Source of the DNA: Anaeramoeba ignava BMAN
Taxonomy: Eukaryota > Protista > Anaeramoebae
Direction: 5' to 3'
Length of the DNA: 64,000 nucleotides
NCBI GenBank assembly: GCA_028826165.1
Contig: JAPDFW010000108.1
Coordinates: 1-64,000 of the forward strand
Part shown: one piece after another, positions 34,972-45,070 of the stretch
Position numbering within the stretch: the stretch's first letter is position 1
Layout of the letters: each line of letters begins with the position of its first letter
Notes under the pieces: model-generated
Told to the model about the DNA's origin: nothing
The model's database searches: none
What the model saw: only the letters and a program-made list of their open reading frames with translations
Position numbers and translations under genes: made by a program

Positions 34972-37890
34972 ATGAATATTTGGGAAATTATTGAAAAAAA
35001 AGATATTGAAAAATTAAAAGAAATCAAATCCATTCCAATAAATGATTTAGAAAAAAATGGAAAACCAATTTTACATTTTGCAATAGAAAAAAAAGTATCA
35101 AAAGAAATAATTGATGAATTAATTACAAAAGGAGCAAATCCTAATTCTGTTAATCAAAAAAGAAAAAATTGTCTGCATATTGCTTGTGGAAATAACTCAG
35201 AAATAGAAATAATTGAACATTTGATTTCAAAAGGAATTGATATTAACGCAAAAACGATTTTCAATGAGACAATTTTACATCTTGCTTGCCAAAATAAAAC
35301 ATCAATAGAAATGATTGAATATTTAATTTCAAAAGGGATTGATGTTGATGCAAAAACAATTTTTAACGAAACAGTTTTGCATTTTGCTTGTCAATATAAT
35401 TCAATAGAATTGATTGAATATTTGATTTCAAAAGGACTTGATATAAATTACAAATCAGGATTTAACGAAACAGTTTTGCATTTTGCTTGTCAATATAATT
35501 CAATAGAAATGATTGAATATTTGATTTCAAAAGGAATTAATGCTATTGAAAAAACAAATACCAATGCATCAATTTTACATTATGCTTGTCAATATAATTC
35601 ATTAGAAGTTATTAAATATTTGATTTCAAAAGGAATTGATATTAATGCAAAAACAGCCCAACGTCAAACAATTTTACATTTTGCTTGTCAATATAATTCA
35701 TTAGAAGTGATTAAATATTTGATTTCAAAAGGAATTGATATTAATGCAAAAACAACTCAAAATCAAACTGCCTTACATTATGCTTGTAGAAGAAATTCAT
35801 TAGAAGTGATTGATTATTTGATTTCAAAAGGAATTGATATCAATGCAAAAACAACTCAAAATCAAACTGCATTACATTATGCTTGTCAAAATAATACACT
35901 AGATGTTGTTAAATTTTTGGTTTCAAAAGGTCTTGATATCAAAGCAAAATCTCTTAACAACCAAACAACTTTGCATCTTGCTTGTCAAAATAATTCATCG
36001 TTTGAAGTAATCAAGTACTTAGTTGAGCAAGGAGTGAATATCGATGAACCAATAACTTTTTTGCAGATAAAAACTTTCCATATTGCTTGTGAACATAATT
36101 CTCTGGAAGTTATTAAATACTTAATCTCAAAAGGAGCAAATATACATGAAAAAACAGGTATCAACCAGTCCGTTCTGAATCTTGCTTGCCAACATAACTC
36201 GCTTGAAGTAATCAAATTTTTGGTTGAACAAGGAATTGATATCAATGAAAAAGATCTGATGGCTCATTCACCTTTGCATATCGCATGCCAAAACAATTAC
36301 TCATTTGAAGTTATCAAGTATTTAATTGGAAAAGGAGCTGATGCTAATTCAGTAACAAACTTAAGTCAAAACCCACTACATTTTGCTTGTCAAAACAACA
36401 CACTTGAAGTTATCAAATATTTAGTTGAAGTAAAAAAAGTGAACATTCATGAAAAAACATTCCAGAACGAAACACCCTTGCATTATGCCTGCCAAACTAA
36501 TTCCCTTGATGTGATCCAATATTTGATTTCAAAAGGAGCAAATGTGAATATAACATCATCACTCAATCAATCAATTCTCTATTTTGCTTGTCAAAGTAAC
36601 TCACTTGAAGTTGTGAAGTATTTGATTGAAGAAAAAGGAATAAGTACAGATACTAGAACTGTGAGGAATGAATCCATTTTACTCGGTGCTTGTCAAAATA
36701 ACTCGTTTGAAGTTGTGAAATATTTGATTGAAAAAGGATTTGATATTCATGAAAAAGCACTCAGTAATCAAACCGCTTTACATTTTGTTTGCCAAAAAAG
36801 CACTTTTGAAAATAGTCAGATGATAATGGAAAAGGAATTTGATCTGAGTCCAAAGACAAGAAGGCATTGGCAAGACTTACTTGCCATGAGCAAAAGTAAT
36901 TCATCTGATTTCATCAAGTTTTTGATTCAACAAGGTCTTGATATAAATGCAAGAACAGATATTTATCAAACACCTCTTTCATTAGCTATTGAAACAAGAA
37001 AGTATCCAGCAATTATTTTATTGTTAATGAATGGTGCAAATGTTTTTGATTTGAAGGAAGAACAAATTACCAAATTTTTTGTTCCAATTTTCCAAAGAGT
37101 TTATTCAATCAATATAGATTTGAACAATTTATTGAATTCAAATGATAATGATAGTGATAATTTTCCTGATTACCAAATTCAATCAAATGATTCTTCGAAA
37201 TTTAATGTTCATAAACTCATTCTATTGACAAGATTTGGTAATAATGAAGGAATTTTACAAAAATTCAAGGAAATTTGTTCTCAAAAACCAAAAGAAGATG
37301 TTCAACTTGCTTTAAATTTCATTTACACTGGATTTCCTGATTTAACTGAGTTGATGGAAAAACTAAATCAAAAAGTGACTAAAAATCCCCAAAATTTACC
37401 AAATTCAATGCATTTTTATATGATGATGCCTGGTTTGCAACCGAAAATGTTTTATCAAGAAAATGAAGAAAAAGAAGAGAAAATTGAAGAATTTTTCAAA
37501 GAGATTGGATTTGATTCAAATTGGATTGAATCCAAAAAAGGAAGAAAAGGAATTTTAAAGGATTTCCATCATTTATATCAAGAAAATGATTCCCAAAAAG
37601 ATTTCACAATCATTTGTGAAAATGAAAAAGAAATTAAAATTCATAAATTAATATTATTAACAAGAAGTGATTTATTTAAAGGAATGTTTTTAAGTGTTCA
37701 AGATTCATCGAATAAAGTTCATGATTATTCAGGAAAATCATTTGAAACAATTCAACAATTAGTTTATTTCTTTTATCATGATGAATTTGAAGAAAAGAAA
37801 ATTAATCAAACAAATTTTGAAGAATTTCAAGATTTAAAAGATTATTATCAATTAAATCAAAATTCAATTTTAGATTTAATTTTAAAATAA
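34972..37890 (+). CDS. Ankyrin-repeat (~20 repeats) + tandem BTB/POZ protein (972 aa, intronless)
   Basis: 33-aa repeats TxLHxACQxNSLEVIKYLISKGIDINAKT. C-terminal FPDYQIQ..FNVHKLILL and DFTII..IKIHKLILLTRSDLFKGMF. Confidence 0.92.
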   Translation: MNIWEIIEKKDIEKLKEIKSIPINDLEKNGKPILHFAIEKKVSKEIIDELITKGANPNSVNQKRKNCLHIACGNNSEIEIIEHLISKGIDINAKTIFNETILHLACQNKTSIEMIEYLISKGIDVDAKTIFNETVLHFACQYNSIELIEYLISKGLDINYKSGFNETVLHFACQYNSIEMIEYLISKGINAIEKTNTNASILHYACQYNSLEVIKYLISKGIDINAKTAQRQTILHFACQYNSLEVIKYLISKGIDINAKTTQNQTALHYACRRNSLEVIDYLISKGIDINAKTTQNQTALHYACQNNTLDVVKFLVSKGLDIKAKSLNNQTTLHLACQNNSSFEVIKYLVEQGVNIDEPITFLQIKTFHIACEHNSLEVIKYLISKGANIHEKTGINQSVLNLACQHNSLEVIKFLVEQGIDINEKDLMAHSPLHIACQNNYSFEVIKYLIGKGADANSVTNLSQNPLHFACQNNTLEVIKYLVEVKKVNIHEKTFQNETPLHYACQTNSLDVIQYLISKGANVNITSSLNQSILYFACQSNSLEVVKYLIEEKGISTDTRTVRNESILLGACQNNSFEVVKYLIEKGFDIHEKALSNQTALHFVCQKSTFENSQMIMEKEFDLSPKTRRHWQDLLAMSKSNSSDFIKFLIQQGLDINARTDIYQTPLSLAIETRKYPAIILLLMNGANVFDLKEEQITKFFVPIFQRVYSINIDLNNLLNSNDNDSDNFPDYQIQSNDSSKFNVHKLILLTRFGNNEGILQKFKEICSQKPKEDVQLALNFIYTGFPDLTELMEKLNQKVTKNPQNLPNSMHFYMMMPGLQPKMFYQENEEKEEKIEEFFKEIGFDSNWIESKKGRKGILKDFHHLYQENDSQKDFTIICENEKEIKIHKLILLTRSDLFKGMFLSVQDSSNKVHDYSGKSFETIQQLVYFFYHDEFEEKKINQTNFEEFQDLKDYYQLNQNSILDLILK

Positions 37891-37953
37891 AAAACAGAAA
37901 CAGAAACAGAAACAGAAAATAATTTGGATTAGATTTTATGTTTTGTTTTTTTA

Positions 37954-40566
37954 TTAAAAAAAATAGAAATTGCGAGAAAATTGTTCTTTTCCATTTCTAA
38001 TTCTATTTGGAGGATCATTTCCTCCTTTTGCAACATAAAGTAAATATGAACTCGGAAGTTCAATAAATTCCAATTTGTTTAATTGACATAAATTCTCAAA
38101 ATCTAATTTTTTTGGATAAAAATTATTGCTTCCCAGATTCAAAGTTTTCAAATTAACCAATTTTGAAATTATGGTTGGGAAATTTTCAAAGTGATTTGAT
38201 TCAAGTGATAAAGATTTCAATTTAAATAATTCTCCAAATGTATTGGGTAAACTTTCAAGGAAATTACGATCCAAATCCAATATTTTCAAATTACGGAAAC
38301 TTCCCCAAAAATTTGGAATATCCTCAAGTAAATTATTTGAAAGTCTCAAAACTTTCAAGTTTCTTAATTTGGAAAGATTTTCTGGTAAATCATCCAAAAC
38401 ATTAAATTCTAGTGATAAATATTCGAGTTTTGTAAGTTTTCCAATTCCTTCAGGAATTCTTGATAATCTATTATAAAATAATTCCAATTTTTGCAAATTT
38501 GTGAGAAGAAAAAACTTCTCGGGAATCTTTTCAATTAAATTTCCTCCACAATTTAAACTTATTAAATTCTCTGAAAGATGCCAAATACTTTGTGGGAGAA
38601 TTTTTAGCGAGTTTCCTGCAATAAAAAGTTTTTTCAAAGTTGTTAAAAACATGATTGAATCAGGAAACAATGAGAAGTTGTTTTGTGAAATTTCCAATTT
38701 GTTTAAATTTGTTAATAGTGTAATTTGTATAGGAAGTTCTTGAAGTGAATTCCCAGCAAAATTCAATTCTTGGAGATTAGTAAGAAATTGGATTGAATAT
38801 GATATTTTATCAGCTCCATTCCCAGCATAATTTAGACTTTCAAGAGTTGTTAATTTTCCTAAATATTGAGTAAAATGTGTTAAATTATTGTTTGATAGTT
38901 CTAATTTTTTCAAATGTTTTAGATTTGCAATTTCTCGACAACAAGAAGTGCTCATTCCAGGGCAATTTGATATTATTAATTCCTCCAATTTTGTGCACAA
39001 TTTTGGTAATTCCAAAAACTCTTTTTTTGTAATTCTTTTGTTATTTGAAAATTCCAAATGCCGAAGATTTACACAATCTTTTTTTTTTTTGTTTTTTGAA
39101 AAAAATGAATAAATATATTTAAATAAATTAAATCAAATCTAACTACCTTTCATAAGATAACTAAATGCCAAAGGAGAAATATTATTATTCTTTGGAATTG
39201 ATAAAAATGATAAATGTGGACCAGAAAGATTCAAAATTCTTTTTACATGTGAATCATTTACATTTGGTATTTTTAAAAGAGAAATTCCAGACCATAAATA
39301 AGGATCGAAAACAATATAATTCCAATCAGAATTAACAGTTGCACACAAAAGTTTTTCTTTTCTGTTCAGATATTTTAATATATATAATGCTAATTCTTCA
39401 GGTAATTCTGTTATAAAATCAATTTTTTCTCCTTCTTTTAAATTTCTTAATTTTCTATCAAATTGCTTCATATAATTGAATTCTAATTGGAAATCCCTTT
39501 TCTTTTTCATTCTTTTTTCTTTTTCTTCTTGGATTCTTTGAATTTCAATTTCAGTAATTTCTGTTGAGTTTTCAATTGTTAATTTTGTAATTTTGGGTTT
39601 TTCATCATTCTCTATTTGAGAATTGATATTTTGATTCAAATTAATTTGGTTAAAAGAGTTTTTTATTGGTTTTTTTCTTTGTTTTCCTTTTCTTTTCTTG
39701 TTTCTTGGTGTTTCTCTATTTTGTGAAATTTGTTCAAAAAAGATATCACTTAAAGAAATTTTATCAATTCCTTTTTCAAAAAATTCAATTTCATTTTGAT
39801 TTTGATTTTGATTTTGAATTTGATTTTCATTTTCAATTTCATTTTGATTTTGATTTTGATTTTGAATTTGATTTTGAATTTCATTTTCATTTTGAATTTG
39901 ATTTTGAATTTGATTTTGAATTTGATTTTGAATTTGATTTTGAATTTGATTTTGAATTTGATTTTGAATTTGATTTTGATTTTGAATTTGATTTTGATTT
40001 TGATTTTGATTTTCATTTTGAATTTGATTTTCTTTTGAATTTTGAATTTGATTTTGAATTTGATTTTGAATTTGATTTTGATTTTGATTTTGATTTTGAT
40101 TTTGATTTTGATTTTGATTTTGATTTTGATTTTGATTTTGAATTTCATTTTCATTTTCATTTTGATTTGAGTTTTGAATTTCATTTGAATTTTCATTTTG
40201 AATTTGATTTTGATTTTGAATTTGATTTTGAATTTGATTTTGAATTTGATTTTCATTTGAATTTTGATTTTGTTTTTCATTTTGAATTTCATTTGAATTT
40301 TGATTTTCATTTGAATTTTCATTTGAATTTTGAATTTGGTTTTCATTTTCATTTTGATTTTGGTTTTCATTTTCATTTTGATTTTCTTTCTTTTTAAACA
40401 TTTCCTTTACAGCATCTCCTTCATTAATTAAAATATCAATATAATAATATAAATCCTTCATTATTTCTTTATTAATTATATCAAAACCTGGAATATATTC
40501 TGGTAACATTAATATAAATTCATCAGAGAATTCATTCAATGTTGAATTTTTACTTTGTTCAATCAT
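37954..40566 (-). CDS. F-box + leucine-rich repeat protein with a Q/N-rich insert (2 exons; intron 39078-39146)
   Basis: F-box [32 protein letters not shown]. Splice K-D|[10 protein letters not shown] is in frame. Then roughly a dozen 23-aa LRRs (LxxLxLxxNxLxxLPxxIxxL). Confidence 0.88.
39790..40385 (-). repeat. Coding Q/N/I/E hexamer repeat (QNQIQNQN) within the F-box/LRR gene
   Basis: CAAAAT/CAAATT/GAAAAT units on the minus strand. Confidence 0.9.
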
Positions 40567-40993
40567 ATATCTTATTTTATTTTAAATTATATTAAGTTTT
40601 ATTTTAAGTTTTATTTTAAGTTTTATTTTATTATTTTATTTTATTATTTTATTTTAAATTTTACTCCCAAAGATAATCTAAAACTGTTTCATCTACTTTT
40701 TTAATAATTTCATAATCTTTTTTTTCTAATTTTTGTTCAAAAAAATAAAGAAAATAACTAATATTAAAATTTTTTGAATTCATTTGATGTTTTAATGAAA
40801 AAATAAAATGAAAAAAATGAAAAATGAAAAATGAAAAAAAATTTTTTCCTCAATTTTTTATTAAAAAGATTTTTTGTTTAGAAAAAAAGAGAAGAAAGAA
40901 AAAGAAAAAGAAAAAGAAATGAAAAAAAAAAATGAGAAAATTTGTTTTAGAGGAAAATTAAAAAAGAAAGAAGAAGAAAGAAGAAGAAGAAAA

Positions 40994-42461
40994 TTAATTA
41001 TTTTCATCTTCTTTTTGTGAATCATGACTATCACTATCACTTGAAGTATCACTTGTTGATTTTGAATCACTTACTTCTTTGTTTTCATTTGGAATTTCTG
41101 CATTATAACCTTGATTTGGTACATAATTTTCTTGATCATGAAGTTTATCAGTTTCATCTCTTTGATTTGGAATTTGATCATATTCTCCAATATGTTCATC
41201 TTTTTGTTGTGTTTTGGATGAATCAAATCCTTTATATCCAGCTTCTTCATGTTTTTCAAATCCAAGATTGATGATCATTAAAGCAATCTTTAAATTAATT
41301 TTAATTTTTAATTTTATAAATGAATTTTAATTTTAATTTTAATTTTAATTTTATAAATGAATTTTAATTTTAATTTTATGAATTTTAATTTTAATTTTAA
41401 TTTTAATTTTAATTTTAATTTTAATTTTAATTTTAATTTTAATTTTAATTTTAATTTTAATTTTAATTTTATAAATGAATTTTAATTTTAATTTTAATTA
41501 TATAAATGAATTTTAATTTTAATTTTAATTTTAATTTTAATTTTAATTTTAATTTTAATTTTAATTTTTTTAATTTTTTAATTTTAATTTTAATTTTTAA
41601 TTTTAATTTTAATTTTAATTTTTAATTTTAATTTTAAATAATTTTGATTTTAATTTTTAATTTTTAATTTTAATTTTAATTTTAATTTTAATTATAATTT
41701 TAATTTTAATTTTAATTTTAATTTTAATTTTAATTTAAATAATTTTAATTTTAATTTTAATTTTAATTTTAATTTTTAAATGAATTTTAATTTTAATTTT
41801 AATTTTAATTTTAATTTTATAGAATTTTAATTTTAATTTTAATTTTAATTTTAATTTTAATTTTAATTTTAATTTTAATTTTAATTTTAATTTTAATTTT
41901 TAATTTTAATTTTAATTTTAATTTTAATTTTAATTTTAATTTTAATTTTAATTTTAATTTTTATTTTAAATTTAATTTTAATTTTAATTTTAATTTTAAT
42001 TTTAATTTTAATTTTAATTTTAATTTTAATTTTAATTTTATAAATGAATTTTAATTTTAATTTTAATTTCAATTTTGATTTTAATTTTAATTTTTAATTT
42101 TAATTAATTTATAAATTTTGAAATTTTAATTTTAATAATAATTTATAAAATTACAAAAGCAATAAATTGGAAAAGAATTCCAGCAGTAAATGTTTGAGTT
42201 TTATGTTCACATTTTCCACCATTAGCTTTGGGAATAGCACAATAAGGAGTATAAACGCCATCAATAGAAATAACAATTAATCCAATAAAAACACTAATCA
42301 AATAATTAAAGAATAAAGAGCATCTATATCCATATTTTCCAAGTACTTGAAGAGCAGCCATAATAAGAGAAATAATTAATCCAAATGCTGTAGTAACAAA
42401 ATAAAGTCCAAGAAGTTTTCTTTCATCTGATTTAAAGTTTTATTGCTAATATAAATCCAAA
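40994..42461 (-). CDS. Small multi-pass (about 4 TM) membrane protein with an acidic C-tail; partial, 5' exon(s) not resolved
   Basis: Exons 42155-42461 and 40994-41287 splice in frame (..AGILFQFIAF|IALMIINLG..). The first codons of the upstream exon are disrupted here but intact in a degraded copy at 43255-43335. The TM pattern loosely resembles Sho1/LCI1-type 4-TM domains (weak). Confidence 0.6.
41290..42150. repeat. (TTTTAA)n microsatellite filling an intron
   Basis: About 860 bp of TTTTAA hexamers between the GT and AG splice sites. Confidence 0.92.
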
Positions 42462-42484
42462 CTATTTTCATTTCAAAAAATATA

Positions 42485-44800
42485 TATTTAATTATAAATT
42501 TAATTATAAATTGTGTTAAATTTAATTATATATTTTGAAATAAATTTAATTATAAATTTAATTATATATTTTGAAATAAATTTAATTATAAATTTAATTA
42601 TAAATTTAATTATAAATTTAATTATAAATTGTGTGTTAAATTTAATTATAAATTTAATTATAAATTTAATTATAAATTTAATTATAAATAAATTTTAATT
42701 ATAAATTAAATTTAATTATAAATTTAATTAAAATTTTAAATTTTAATTATTTTAATTATAAATTTAATTTAAATAAATTTAATTATAAATTTAATTATAA
42801 ATTTTAAAATAAATTTAATTATAAATTTTAATTATAAATTTAATTATAAATTTAATTATAAATTTTTTAAATTTAATTATAAATTTTGAAATAAATTTAA
42901 TTATAAATTTTAAATTTTAAATTTTAATTAATTATAAAATTTATTATAAATTATAAAAATAAAATTATAAATTTAATTATAAATTTAATTATAAATTTAA
43001 TTATAAATGTTAAATTTAATTTAAATTTTGTATATTTAATTATAAACCATTAAATTTTTGGTATTTAAATAAAGCAAATATAAATTTAATTATAAACGCC
43101 ATCAATTAGAAATAAACAATTAATTAATTATAAAAACATTAATTAAATAATTTAAAGAATAAAGAGCATCTATATTTAATTATAAATTTAATTATAAATT
43201 TTGAAGAGCCATAATAAATTTAATTATAAAAAAATAATTTAATCCAAATTTGAAATAAAGTCCAAGAAGTTTTCTTTCATCTGATTTAAATGATCCCAAT
43301 GCACTTATTGCTAATATAAATCCAAACTATTTTCATTTCAAAAAAATATAAGTTTTGAAATAAATTTAATTATAAATTTAATTATAAATATAATTATAAA
43401 TTTAATTATAAATTTAATTATAAATATAATTTAAAATTTAATTATAAATTTAATTATAAATTTTGAAATAAATTTAATTATAAATTTAATTATAAATTTA
43501 ATTTAATTATAAATTTAATTATATTTATAAATTTAATTATAAATTTAATTATAAATTTTAAATAAATTTAATTATAAATTTAATTATAAAATTTAATAAA
43601 TTTAATTATAAATTTAATTATAAATTTAATTATAAATTTAATTATAAATTTAATTATAAATTGTGTGTTAAATTTAATTATAAATTTTTAATTAATTTAA
43701 TTATAAATATAAATTTAATTATAATTATAAATTTTAATTATAAAATTATAAATTTAATTATAAATTTAATTATAAATTTAAATTTAATTATAAATTTTGA
43801 AATAAATTTAATTATAAATTTAATTATAAATTTATTAATTATAAATTTAATTTTGAAATAAATTTAATTATAAATTTTGAAATAAATTTAATTATAAATT
43901 ATTTTAAATAAAATTTAATTATAAATTTAATTATAAATATAATTATAAATTTAATTATAAATATAAATTTAAAATTTTAATTATAAATAAATTTAATTAT
44001 AAATTTTTTGAAATAAATTTAATTATAAATTTTGAAATTTAAATAAATTTAATTATAAATTTAATTATAAATTGTGTGTTAAATTTAATTATAAATTTTG
44101 AAATAAATTTAATTATAAATTTTGAAATAAATTTAATTATAAATTGTGTGTTAAATTTAATTATTAATTTAATTATAAATTTAATTATAAATTTAATTTA
44201 AATTGTGTTAAATTTAATTATAAATTTAATTATAAATTTAATTATAAATTTAATTATTATAAATTTAATTATAAATTTTGAAATTTAATTATAAATTTAA
44301 TTATAAATTTTGAAATATAAATTTAATTATAAATTTTGAAATAAATTTAATTATAAATTGTGTGTTAAATTTAATTATAAATTTTGAAATAAATTTAATT
44401 GTTATAAATTTAATTATAAATTTTGAAATAAATTTAATTATAAATTTAATTATAAATTTAATTATAAATTTAATTATAAATTTTTAAATTTAAATTTAAT
44501 AAATTTAATTATAAATTTAATTATAAATTTAATTATAAATTTAATTATAAATTTTGAAATAAATTTAATTATAAATTTAATTATAAATTTAATTATAAAT
44601 TTAATTATAAATTTAATTATAAATTTTGAAATAAATTTAATTATAAATAAATTTAATTATAAATTTAATTATAAATTTAATTATAAATTTAATTATAAAT
44701 TTAATTATAAATTTTGAAATAAATTTAATTATAAATATAATTATAAATTTAATTGTTAATATTTAATTATAAATTTTGAAATAAATTTAATTATAAATTT
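42485..44800. repeat. (ATTATAAATTTA)n 12-mer minisatellite with TTTTGAAATAA and TGTGTT variants
   Basis: About 2.3 kb of degenerate 12-mers, interrupted by a degraded exon copy at ~43080-43350. Confidence 0.9.
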
Positions 44801-45070
44801 CAAAAGTTTTTTTATTTCTTTTGATTTTATAAAAAATTCGTTGTTGTTGGAAAATTAAAAAAATTTTGGTTTTTCTTTTTTAAAAAAATAAAAAAGGAGA
44901 AAAAAAAATTTTTTTTAAAATAAATTATTTAAAAATAAATAAAAATTACAAAATTTAAACCATGTAAAACAAGTGGAGTGTATTTATGCATTTCAAATTA
45001 AGAAAATAAGAAAAAATGAAAAAAAAATGAAAAAAATGAAAAAAATGAAAAAAAAAAAAAAGAATTCTTT

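Noticed and set aside
44960-44992. Possible first exon (MHKYTPLVLH, minus strand) of the small TM gene
   Set aside because: Its splice phase does not match the next identified exon, and the intervening region is unreliable.
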